From a virus (taxonomy: Duplodnaviria; Caudoviricetes), in IMG/VR virus record IMGVR_UViG_3300029288_000056, positions 96,001 to 160,000 of that record: DNA of 64,000 nt; one strand, written 5' to 3'. The notes beneath the pieces are model-generated. The model was not told the origin of the DNA and ran no database searches. It saw only the letters and a program-made list of their open reading frames with translations. This document shows, piece after piece, positions 9,563 to 17,900 of the stretch (the stretch's first letter is position 1; every line of letters starts with the position of its first letter). The position numbers and the translations under genes were made by a program.

Positions 9563-10168
9563 TTATCCGCCAGTTGAAAAGAATTGGTTCATTGCGTCTA
9601 ATAAAGCGCCTCTTATTTCGTCTTCGTCAAACCATTTCTTCAAATGAACGAAGACTTGTTCATTAAGAGTAGCTTCTGCGTCGACCTCAATGGTTGGGGT
9701 CTTGATCTTGTAATAGTGGTACTGCGGCTGTTCACTGTAAGGGTCTATAGTACCCCTACCGTCACAGTTGTCTCGATCAAAAGCCGTTATATTAGAGGTT
9801 GGGTCTTCACTGTCTTCAAGAAAACGGTACCAAACTCTCATAGCTTCACCTGAGGTCTGTCCTCTCTCGTCTGAGGCTAGGCCCTTACCCCTCGCCGTCG
9901 AGTCTTGCATTGCGAGGATATACATGGTCGGTCCGTAACCTTCTTTTGAGCGCGACAGCTTTATGGAATCGTAATTTCCACGATCAGTTGTGATTAGCAT
10001 ACCGATTCCGGCATGCATAAATGTGTTGCGCAAATCATTCCTAGAAAGACCGTAGAAGTTCTCACCAAAAAGGGAGGCGGATTCATAAGCATAATAGTAA
10101 TAGTAACCGCCCGTTGCGTAGTAGAAGTAGGCGAAACCCTTTATCTCTTGGCGTACCGCGTTTAACAT
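9563..10168 (-). CDS. GNAT-like repeat-family protein
   Basis: MLNA short tag; GYGPTMYILAMQ...GLASD..TS..A..VWYRF. Confidence 0.7.
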   Translation of the reverse strand: MLNAVRQEIKGFAYFYYATGGYYYYYAYESASLFGENFYGLSRNDLRNTFMHAGIGMLITTDRGNYDSIKLSRSKEGYGPTMYILAMQDSTARGKGLASDERGQTSGEAMRVWYRFLEDSEDPTSNITAFDRDNCDGRGTIDPYSEQPQYHYYKIKTPTIEVDAEATLNEQVFVHLKKWFDEDEIRGALLDAMNQFFSTGG

Positions 10169-10713
10169 TAATAGAATCTCTCCGTCACATCATTAAACGT
10201 ATCTGTTATCTCTTCAAGTGTAAACTGTTGACGTAGAAATTCCACTACTTTATTGTTATTTTTAATCTCAGTAGATACATCAACAATTTGTCTAGACACC
10301 ATAAATGCAGCCGATGCCGATGGGGCTTTAATTATACCAGAACCAGCCTTTTGACTATCTCTTTCAAAATGATCCCAAACTGATTGAGCTTCTTCCGACG
10401 TTTCTCCGTCGTCATCAGAGGTAAGCCCAACCCCTCGTTTAGTGGCTTCTTGCATAGCAACGATATATAGAGTGGGCCCATAACCCTCTACCTCAGATCT
10501 TGCCCACTCTACAGACTCGTAGCCACCATGATCTTCTACACCTAACATTGCGCATCCAACTTCACTAAGTGCATCATAAAGGGTAGATGTGTCACCAATA
10601 TCCTCAAGATTTAAATTTAATATTGGGTCTGGGTCGTATATATAATACCAAAAGTCATAGGTTTCTCCTATAAAAAGAGCCATACCCCTTATACTTCTTC
10701 TAGCTGCTTGCAT
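10168..10713 (-). CDS. GNAT-like repeat-family protein
   Basis: MQA short tag; GYGPTLYIVAMQ...GLTSD..TS..AQSVWDHF. Confidence 0.7.
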   Translation of the reverse strand: MQAARRSIRGMALFIGETYDFWYYIYDPDPILNLNLEDIGDTSTLYDALSEVGCAMLGVEDHGGYESVEWARSEVEGYGPTLYIVAMQEATKRGVGLTSDDDGETSEEAQSVWDHFERDSQKAGSGIIKAPSASAAFMVSRQIVDVSTEIKNNNKVVEFLRQQFTLEEITDTFNDVTERFY

Positions 10714-10714
10714 A

Positions 10715-11332
10715 TTACTCCTTTAAAAAATTACTCAAAGATGCTACCCTTCTTGGGCCACTGTAACTACGGCTAAACATTATATCCGCGAGAGACCACA
10801 AGAGATCCTCGTAGTTTAAGCTGGTACGTATAATGTAAGGCCCGTCTGTACCGTGGCAATTGGATATGTCGGTATTACCTTTCGCAGTCTGGTGGTTTGC
10901 GTAAGCTTGCGCGGTGTCAACCAGTTGGCGGTCGGTTTTAAACACGTAGTTAGCGCTCACAAAGACATTCTCTCTTCTTATATCCCTTTCCTTTGTGATA
11001 CCAGAATTAGGGTCGTTTGAGATTTCGTAGAACTTGTCCCAAACCCTCACCGCGGAAGGTGACGGTTGGCCGTCAGATTCGATACCCTCTGGGCTTTCTT
11101 GCATTGCAATCATATACATCGTAGGTCCATAGCCTTCAGCGGCGACAGGACCGTGGATATTGTTGTCTTCCACTTCAATCTTCCCAAAAACCGGCCGTTT
11201 GATGTGAGACCTGAAGTCTCGCGCGTTGATGATGTCTTGGATGATTGTGTGATCGTACAATACATACAAAGATCCTGACGAAAAGAACGGTCGCTTACAC
11301 AGGGCGAGATTAGATATATTGGTTTGTAACAT
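10715..11332 (-). CDS. GNAT-like repeat-family protein with C-terminal tag
   Basis: GYGPTMYMIAMQ..GIESD..SPSAVRVWDKF; ends in VASLSNFLKE. Confidence 0.7.
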   Translation of the reverse strand: MLQTNISNLALCKRPFFSSGSLYVLYDHTIIQDIINARDFRSHIKRPVFGKIEVEDNNIHGPVAAEGYGPTMYMIAMQESPEGIESDGQPSPSAVRVWDKFYEISNDPNSGITKERDIRRENVFVSANYVFKTDRQLVDTAQAYANHQTAKGNTDISNCHGTDGPYIIRTSLNYEDLLWSLADIMFSRSYSGPRRVASLSNFLKE

Positions 11333-11975
11333 TTCTCCACCATTTTACAAATTCGTCTCTTGATTGCCAATGGTTCGGTCGGTTAACCAACCCAACCCCA
11401 TCGGGTATATCCTCTAGTCTATCCATCAACCCTTTGTCGGCAAAGTGAACCGATTTGCCGCGGCCAACTGATAAAGAGAGATACAAATCGTCGTTGAAGA
11501 TCGCTTCACTGCGATACATCGGATTCTGTGCAATGAGACCAAGACTGACCTTGGCGAGCAGGTCCTTAGAAAGCATTACAAAGCGACCTTTGATTATCGG
11601 CACAAAACCCCACGCATCTAGTGCGGTGGAGTAAGGTTTGTCTCCAATAGAAAGGTTGCGGCCAAAGGCGCCAGTAAGAACGTCAGGGTGTCGTTGGTGC
11701 ACTTCAAACGCGTCCTTAAGAAAGTCGTCGTCCTTAGGTAAGAGGTCGTCATCCATAAATACGATAGTCTGGTACTTGGAGAAGGGCGCTAAAACGATTC
11801 GCGCTAGACAACCCATATTCCAAGTTGAGTAGACGGTCTGATCTCCTTCAACCAAGTCGTCCTGTCGGTTATTGATGACTATTATCTCATTCTCTATAGT
11901 TTGCTGTCGCAGTTTGTCAATCAGTTTGCGCAACTGTGCGGGCCGACTATAGTTGAGAAGTATTATCGATATCAT
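11310..11975 (-). CDS. GT-A fold glycosyltransferase (GT2/GT64-like)
   Basis: ISIILLNYSR, EIIVINN, FMDDD (DxD) and NDDLYLS motifs. Confidence 0.85.
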   Translation of the reverse strand: MISIILLNYSRPAQLRKLIDKLRQQTIENEIIVINNRQDDLVEGDQTVYSTWNMGCLARIVLAPFSKYQTIVFMDDDLLPKDDDFLKDAFEVHQRHPDVLTGAFGRNLSIGDKPYSTALDAWGFVPIIKGRFVMLSKDLLAKVSLGLIAQNPMYRSEAIFNDDLYLSLSVGRGKSVHFADKGLMDRLEDIPDGVGLVNRPNHWQSRDEFVKWWRNVTNQYI

Positions 11976-14937
11976 TTAATAAGAACCTCGTTAGTTTACT
12001 TGCTGCAATTGTCTCAGGAAGACCGTACTTCGTTCTAAAGTCTCGACAGGATCGTATTGCACTGTCAGATTGCATTTGTCCCATAAGCTCTAGAATCTTA
12101 GGAGTGCCGGCGAGGCGGATAACCTCAGGAATCTTCAGTTGATCTTCTTTTGTAGAATTAGGCTGTAAAGCCCACTTAGCGAATTGGTAGAATGTAAACC
12201 GGTTATAAACTATCAGCTTTGCCAAGGTCTGTGCGTTTAAATGGGAATAGATTATATATACTTTAGTGTCACCCATTGAACTTACACCGCCCGTATTCCA
12301 AATTCTGTCTGCGATATAGGGGGCGCTCCAATCTCGTACTGTCCAGATTTGCGGATTCATTTCTCCCGCTCTGATCCAGTCGTCTATACTAAGCGACTCC
12401 CACGGCAATGAGACTAGAGTCTCAGGATTGTTCAGGGCGATCTCTCGGGCAATTCGCTGACCGGTACTACCAATGTCTGTGCCCGGTGGTATATCCTTCA
12501 TGTACTCTTCCGCAATCGGCAAGAACAACGCTCTCGCGTCCGAATTGTACTCGAGAATGTAGAAGAATTGGTACCAACGATCGGGTTTCTCCATCAACTT
12601 CGGTTTAACTCGCGCAAAGAACAGATTCCAGTCTATACCAAAGGCCTTAAGGATGTTAACCCAACTAGAACTCTCCAACCTATCCATCACGTCATTATAT
12701 ATTCGTTCATCTACCGTGCCTATCATCCCGATATGAGTGATGACGAACAGATCTTTTATATCCATGGACAATTGTGCCCAATTTGCGGTCGAAAGTACAG
12801 TCTTCAACTTAGTCACCCTTGCGTCATCTGGGGCTATAGGGCCACTGGTGTTAACGAGTATATTAAGTATTGTAGAAGGACTGAAGGTGTCTGCAATTCT
12901 CGGATTCAATGCCGTTACTCGTGCTAACCAGCTTGGGTCAAGCGCGCCTTCTGGAATAGTAACGCCCGCCAACATAAGGTTGGCATAACTTGCGCCCGAA
13001 CGGCCCGCCATCATATATAGGATGTCTTGCGGAACCGTCTTGAGTATGTCGATCGTGGTTTGGGGTAACGTAGCGAAAGTCTCGGGTATAACCATTGTGA
13101 ATAGTATCTTAATCCAATTAGGGTACTGAGTAATGACGTCTTTAACGTCCTGACCATCGTACTCTACCTCGGTTCGTCTGTCACCCCTCGACACACTCCT
13201 AAATGCGTCCGCGTAGTTAGCGAGGACGGGGTGAGTCTTCATAAGTGTGAGGTACTTCTTAAGCAAGTAGTACTTGGCGGGTGTAACCGTCTTACCCTCG
13301 AGCTTCGGAATAAGGTACTGACCCAACTTACGACCGCTGACTACGAGGGTGAAGATTTGATCACCGGTCAACTCAACGCCCTGTTGAGTTAATGAGGCCA
13401 TGAAGGTCGTAAACTGTGTCTTATTCTTAATCGCATTGTCGGCTGCGTATAGGAAGTCGTCCATTGTACCAGCCTGTTGAATACTGCTCATTACGCGATC
13501 CATCATTTGATACTTAAGGGCTATGCTTAAGACGTAAGAGGAAGGTATCCTTCCGTTAGAAACCAAGTAGTCGAAGAGCTCTTTGGCTAAGTCGGCAATA
13601 TCGGGTAAGGAGAACAGTTGGTCAAAGGTTCGGTTCCAATCGCTGATTCGGTTACGACCAATGGTTTCAAAGGCCGCGTTCTTATCTAAGAGGTTGGCCT
13701 GTACTAGGTATAAGATGTCCTTAGGCTCACTGACCAATATACCCAAGTAGTTGCGTAGCTCGCTATTCATACCTATCAATCTTGTTATACGATCAACCGT
13801 CATATTACTAATGATGAATGGGTATCCTGAGTTCTGAGCAAAGTCGATCATTGAAGGTTTACGTGCTAATAACGTATCTACTAGATCATCCTTACGATTT
13901 TGAATAGCCCATCTTACCAAATCTCTCTGTGCCCTCTCCTGCATTGAGTCAAAATAATTGATATCCATTCCTACAAGTAACCCTAGATCGTCTTTTGATA
14001 GGTTGTTATAATCGATTTGATCCTTAAAATAAGGATTCCCGCTAGTTAATTGCTGCACCATATAAGTCTGTGGAATCGTATAGTTTCCTACACCTTTTCG
14101 GTTAAGAATCTCCCATAGGAAGGCGCCGCGCTCTGGGGTAGAATATAAGAAAGAACCAATCGGTGTAGACGGATTCATATTGTCTATGCACAAGGGCATC
14201 CATTTCCTCATATCCGCGGTGATTAGTTCGTTCCACATACCCGGTCCTAACAGCTTTATGATCTCAGGGGTTGGTTCAATACTTCCATCTATTAGACCGG
14301 CGAGAGTCGCAGGGTCGATGTATGTAACGGTGTAACTCGTATTCCCCAAGGTCCAATGCGCTCTACGTTCAACATTACTATAGGCACGACTGAAGAGAGC
14401 CCCAGCCGCGTCCTTAAGTTTGTCGTTGGTTATATCGGGGTGTTCCGCTTGAAGGCTTTGCCCAAGAGCGAGGGCGGCGTCCATCGGTTCAATGATGGTA
14501 GTAATGTAGTAGACGTAGTCTTTAGGGTTGTCAGCCTGCATTGTGTCGTCGGTAACGCGTTGAGTCGCTTTAACGGGGGATCCGGGCTGCCGAGAGTCCA
14601 AGAGGAATCTCGCATAGACCGGTTCAGCGTCACCGGAGGTTGAACCAGAAGCATCTGATGCAATCCCCTTCCCGTCTTGCCACGCCCTTTGAGCACCACA
14701 GACATAGGCCGTTGGCCCGATTTCGAGCCGTTTGTTTCCGGCCGAGTTCTGCACTGTATAGTAGTCGCCGCGTTCGTTGTACGACAACCGTACGTACCCG
14801 ACTGCATCTATACCGAAACGCTCCTCAGCGTTGTACCTCCATATAATAACGTAGATACTTCCAGCTAGACTCTGTCCAATGAACGACAGGGCAAATTCGT
14901 TACCTAGCGATCTTCTCGCTGCACTTAAACGATTCAT
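11947..14937 (-). CDS. Large tagged protein: N-terminal GNAT-like repeat + long helical region
   Basis: MNRLSA tag; IGPTAY...GIASD..TSGDAEPVYARF; C-terminal AASKLTRFLLN tag; GGAGG RBS. Confidence 0.75.
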   Translation of the reverse strand: MNRLSAARRSLGNEFALSFIGQSLAGSIYVIIWRYNAEERFGIDAVGYVRLSYNERGDYYTVQNSAGNKRLEIGPTAYVCGAQRAWQDGKGIASDASGSTSGDAEPVYARFLLDSRQPGSPVKATQRVTDDTMQADNPKDYVYYITTIIEPMDAALALGQSLQAEHPDITNDKLKDAAGALFSRAYSNVERRAHWTLGNTSYTVTYIDPATLAGLIDGSIEPTPEIIKLLGPGMWNELITADMRKWMPLCIDNMNPSTPIGSFLYSTPERGAFLWEILNRKGVGNYTIPQTYMVQQLTSGNPYFKDQIDYNNLSKDDLGLLVGMDINYFDSMQERAQRDLVRWAIQNRKDDLVDTLLARKPSMIDFAQNSGYPFIISNMTVDRITRLIGMNSELRNYLGILVSEPKDILYLVQANLLDKNAAFETIGRNRISDWNRTFDQLFSLPDIADLAKELFDYLVSNGRIPSSYVLSIALKYQMMDRVMSSIQQAGTMDDFLYAADNAIKNKTQFTTFMASLTQQGVELTGDQIFTLVVSGRKLGQYLIPKLEGKTVTPAKYYLLKKYLTLMKTHPVLANYADAFRSVSRGDRRTEVEYDGQDVKDVITQYPNWIKILFTMVIPETFATLPQTTIDILKTVPQDILYMMAGRSGASYANLMLAGVTIPEGALDPSWLARVTALNPRIADTFSPSTILNILVNTSGPIAPDDARVTKLKTVLSTANWAQLSMDIKDLFVITHIGMIGTVDERIYNDVMDRLESSSWVNILKAFGIDWNLFFARVKPKLMEKPDRWYQFFYILEYNSDARALFLPIAEEYMKDIPPGTDIGSTGQRIAREIALNNPETLVSLPWESLSIDDWIRAGEMNPQIWTVRDWSAPYIADRIWNTGGVSSMGDTKVYIIYSHLNAQTLAKLIVYNRFTFYQFAKWALQPNSTKEDQLKIPEVIRLAGTPKILELMGQMQSDSAIRSCRDFRTKYGLPETIAASKLTRFLLNDIDNTSQL

Positions 14938-14948
14938 ATTTCCTCCAT

Positions 14949-14975
14949 AAAAAAAAGAACGGTTATTTACCGTTC
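14949..14975 (-). terminator. Intrinsic terminator separating the early region from the virion-cargo operon
   Basis: Minus strand GAACGGT-AAATA-ACCGTTC followed by T8. Confidence 0.8.
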
Positions 14976-15001
14976 AATTATATCAAAAACCCTCGCTTAA
15001 A

Positions 15002-15157
15002 TTAACAGGGTTCTATTATGTCGGAAATTATTTTACGCACCTTTTCTTCGGGATCGTCAGCGCCGTCGAATGACTTGCAGAATAAGAGGCCTTCCTTATC
15101 TTTACAGATCTCGTAGCAGAATTCGTAAAAAGAGCACTTAGGACAAAGATCATTCAT
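15002..15157 (-). CDS. Small Cys-rich hypothetical protein (51 aa)
   Basis: Below ORF-track cut-off; ATGA-coupled; MNDLCPKCSFYEFCYEIC... Confidence 0.6.
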   Translation of the reverse strand: MNDLCPKCSFYEFCYEICKDKEGLLFCKSFDGADDPEEKVRKIISDIIEPC

Positions 15158-15822
15158 TCAAACATCTCCCCTAATGACTTAAAGAATGCGCGAATCTTAC
15201 TTCTTTTAGGAACCCACTCATAAGACAGATACGGCTCTAGAGAAAATTCACACACATAACCACCTCTGTGATGAGGGCAGGTGAAACAGTCCTTTTGAAC
15301 AGAGGTACACCATTGAGGATTCGGTTTGTCAGAGTAGCCGCGCTTTTTTACGGGGCGAAAGATGATGTCTTCAAACTTACACTTATGCTTTATCAGGAAA
15401 GGACAGTCACAACTCTCTATTGATCCGTCATCATTATAAGTCGCAATACATCTCCATTTATTACAGAGTTTTTGATCAGGCAGCGCAAGCCAATTGATCT
15501 TATCCGTCAGAGGCTCGGCTTGACCAGTGATAATGTTCTTCAGCTTTTGATCACTGTAGTACTTGGCACCCTTTCGGCGGTATTTTTCGTAGGCCTCTTT
15601 CCATTCTTGTTCTTTAGCCGCGCGCTCTACGCCGGTATACTGACTGGTCGACGGGTATGTTGACCATTCGCCCGAGTTTTGTCCAATGGACATCCTATAA
15701 CCCGGCATCTCTCCACTACATGCCATATTATTTCTCCTCGCAAGGTCTTTCCAATAGCCTTTTGGAAATACCCAATCCTGTAATTTGTGTTGATACCCCT
15801 TAGTTATTTGTATTGGGTGCAT
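15154..15822 (-). CDS. Cys-rich hypothetical protein
   Basis: Coupled ORF with multiple CxC/CxxC motifs. Confidence 0.7.
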   Translation of the reverse strand: MHPIQITKGYQHKLQDWVFPKGYWKDLARRNNMACSGEMPGYRMSIGQNSGEWSTYPSTSQYTGVERAAKEQEWKEAYEKYRRKGAKYYSDQKLKNIITGQAEPLTDKINWLALPDQKLCNKWRCIATYNDDGSIESCDCPFLIKHKCKFEDIIFRPVKKRGYSDKPNPQWCTSVQKDCFTCPHHRGGYVCEFSLEPYLSYEWVPKRSKIRAFFKSLGEMFE

Positions 15823-16256
15823 TATTCGTCGTAATCATCCTCGTCATCTATTTCTTGAAGATGTAAAATATCTTTAATCTTATCGCGCAAAACTTGACCC
15901 TTCTTCTGCTCACAGGCCAGCCGTTTTTGAGCTTGCTTAAGATCAAACTCTAACGAATTGATGTACCCCGCCATGTCAATAGCTTGGCACTTTTTAACCA
16001 AGTCTTTATCCGCAGATCCGAAGGACTTTAGAACTCCGCCTATCGCTTCCTCTAATGTAGCGCCCTCGTTAGCGAAGGTAACATCACATCCCCAATCACT
16101 GTGTGATGGGAACGTCTGGCGGCTCTCTTGCATATGCATACCATGTGGTAAACAACCCTGTTTAAACTGCCTAGAAGTATGTATTGTAATCGTAAACCTA
16201 TCCATTTGCAGGCTCCTCTGTGTGTTCGCCGTTTTTGAAATAGTGTATCTTACCAT
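15822..16256 (-). CDS. Hypothetical protein with HicB-like motif + coiled coil
   Basis: EGATLEEAI motif; real start may be MDRFT. Confidence 0.6.
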   Translation of the reverse strand: MVRYTISKTANTQRSLQMDRFTITIHTSRQFKQGCLPHGMHMQESRQTFPSHSDWGCDVTFANEGATLEEAIGGVLKSFGSADKDLVKKCQAIDMAGYINSLEFDLKQAQKRLACEQKKGQVLRDKIKDILHLQEIDDEDDYDE

Positions 16257-16512
16257 CTGACTTTTCCGGAATGGACGCCTTAACGCAAGACTCCTCCGAG
16301 TAGTCTAAGTCTGCAGCCTTTGTAAACATTTCGCCCAACGCTTTTAAAGCCTCTTTGTCGGTAGTCACGTGAAACTCGTTCACTATGTTGCCGAAAGCGC
16401 TGCTCAAAATCGCGATGACAGGACCGTAACCCCGGTCTTGAATCTTGAACGTAACACCACTATTACTGATGTGTAAGTAAAGTGAGTCTAAGGTTTTAAT
16501 TATTTTTGACAT
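16198..16512 (-). CDS. Hypothetical protein
   Basis: GGAG RBS, coupled ORF. Confidence 0.7.
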   Translation of the reverse strand: MSKIIKTLDSLYLHISNSGVTFKIQDRGYGPVIAILSSAFGNIVNEFHVTTDKEALKALGEMFTKAADLDYSEESCVKASIPEKSDGKIHYFKNGEHTEEPANG

Positions 16513-16732
16513 CTCTCTCCTCTGTTAACTGCTTAATAAAATCTATAATATCATTCAAACAACCAGTACTAAAGACGGCGCCGCCAATTGGAAGGAAGCA
16601 GTACTGTCGCCATGGAGCATACCATCTGACGTTGCCTAAATCCGACCCGCTGTTACTGGTGCAGGACCAGATCGTGGTCTTACCCGTGTCTTGGATCAGT
16701 TCAAAGTTGATATACTCGTAAAGAGTCTTCAT
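16496..16732 (-). CDS. Hypothetical phage protein
   Basis: LGNVRWYAPWRQYCF...CLNDI; coupled ORF. Confidence 0.75.
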   Translation of the reverse strand: MKTLYEYINFELIQDTGKTTIWSCTSNSGSDLGNVRWYAPWRQYCFLPIGGAVFSTGCLNDIIDFIKQLTEERDVKNN

Positions 16733-17145
16733 TCTTCTATGCCTTCATTCTCATCCAACTCTTCCGGCATAAATTCTTTCAAAGTGTTTTGCAATTCATA
16801 AATAGTCTTGTTTTGCTCATTGACAATCTTTTGGTAATCTATAATCTGATCGCGCAAACGAGAGATTTCTTCTCTCAATTTCCTCTCATTAATCATACCC
16901 TCAACACCGACATAAGGCAGGGTGAGGCCGTTAATACTGTCACCCAAAGCCGCAACCGCAGACTCCATCGTATCCCCTCTGGCATGAACCTGTAAACAGT
17001 ACTCAGGAACAAGGGTTTGGTCCCCATGCACCACTGTTAAGTCAAGGTATATCATTTCCACCATCCTAAAATAGCAAACAAAGCAAAGATGAATGTATAA
17101 CCGTAAAAGGAATAAACTGCAACTGTCGTCGTAAAAATGAGCCAT
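16729..17145 (-). CDS. Hypothetical protein with HicB-like motif + coiled coil
   Basis: RGDTMESAV motif; real start probably near 17055-17064. Confidence 0.6.
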   Translation of the reverse strand: MAHFYDDSCSLFLLRLYIHLCFVCYFRMVEMIYLDLTVVHGDQTLVPEYCLQVHARGDTMESAVAALGDSINGLTLPYVGVEGMINERKLREEISRLRDQIIDYQKIVNEQNKTIYELQNTLKEFMPEELDENEGIEE

Positions 17146-17297
17146 AGTGGAGCGCCCTTGTTTTCTAATATGTCATACAGTCTACGGTTCTTTTCTGTCC
17201 TGTATTTCACCCATGTGTAAAACCAAAAGCCACATGCAAGTGCTGCGAGGATATACATAATTATAGAGTAGTACGCAAGAGGATTCATGGGGTTCAT
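17052..17297 (-). CDS. Small membrane protein
   Basis: Two hydrophobic segments. Confidence 0.7.
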   Translation of the reverse strand: MNPMNPLAYYSIIMYILAALACGFWFYTWVKYRTEKNRRLYDILENKGAPLWLIFTTTVAVYSFYGYTFIFALFAILGWWK

Positions 17298-17647
17298 TCT
17301 TCCACCATCAGTCTCTTAGTAGGATCGTCCGTCTTAGACAGATCGTTAATCAGGGGCGTTAACGACTTCAGTGCATCGAGAAACCCGCGCTGATAAGCTT
17401 TTTGTTCGTTATCTAAGGTAGGGAGTTTCAAGGTAACCGTCTCAATTAACTCTGTAATAACCTTGAGAGAGGTGAGTATAACTCCGCCCATATCTCCTGC
17501 GCCTTTCCAATAAAACTTATTCTGAGTATCCGCGAATAACTGAGATGCAGTTGGTAGTAGGTTAGCAGCAATTCTTTCTTGCCCTGAGTCCTTGGGCTCA
17601 GTTCCTTCCTTCGGCTCTTCGCCCGTTCCTGCTGGTAAATCTTTCAT
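17294..17647 (-). CDS. Hypothetical protein
   Basis: Coupled ORF. Confidence 0.7.
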   Translation of the reverse strand: MKDLPAGTGEEPKEGTEPKDSGQERIAANLLPTASQLFADTQNKFYWKGAGDMGGVILTSLKVITELIETVTLKLPTLDNEQKAYQRGFLDALKSLTPLINDLSKTDDPTKRLMVEE

Positions 17648-17900
17648 TGAAACAACCCCTTATTAATTGGCTTCCCGCCGGTAGGCCCTCTTTTAACATT
17701 TGTCGCGCTATTGCACAGGCTTCGTTTTGTCGTTTAATGTATATCTCGCGCTGTTTTTCGGTCAGTTTTTCAGATATAGCGCAGACTTCCGTAACCGTCT
17801 TATAAGACGGATCTAGTCTGCGCGGTAGCCACTTTTCACCCTCAAGACAGTTTTTAATGATGTCCGCCAGCAAACATATTTCACCATCGGTTAAATCCAT
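17598..17900 (-). CDS. Hypothetical protein
   Basis: Coupled ORF. Confidence 0.65.
   Translation of the reverse strand: MDLTDGEICLLADIIKNCLEGEKWLPRRLDPSYKTVTEVCAISEKLTEKQREIYIKRQNEACAIARQMLKEGLPAGSQLIRGCFNERFTSRNGRRAEGRN

Noticed and set aside
372-14937. Tags as DNA-level recombination sites (integron-like cassettes) or DGR targets
   Set aside because: Codons vary synonymously, there are no attC-like inverted repeats, and no integrase, reverse transcriptase or TR/VR pair is in the window; protein-level selection fits better.
372-14937. Tags as Sec/Tat/lipoprotein signal peptides
   Set aside because: Too short, no long hydrophobic core, and they also occur internally and C-terminally.
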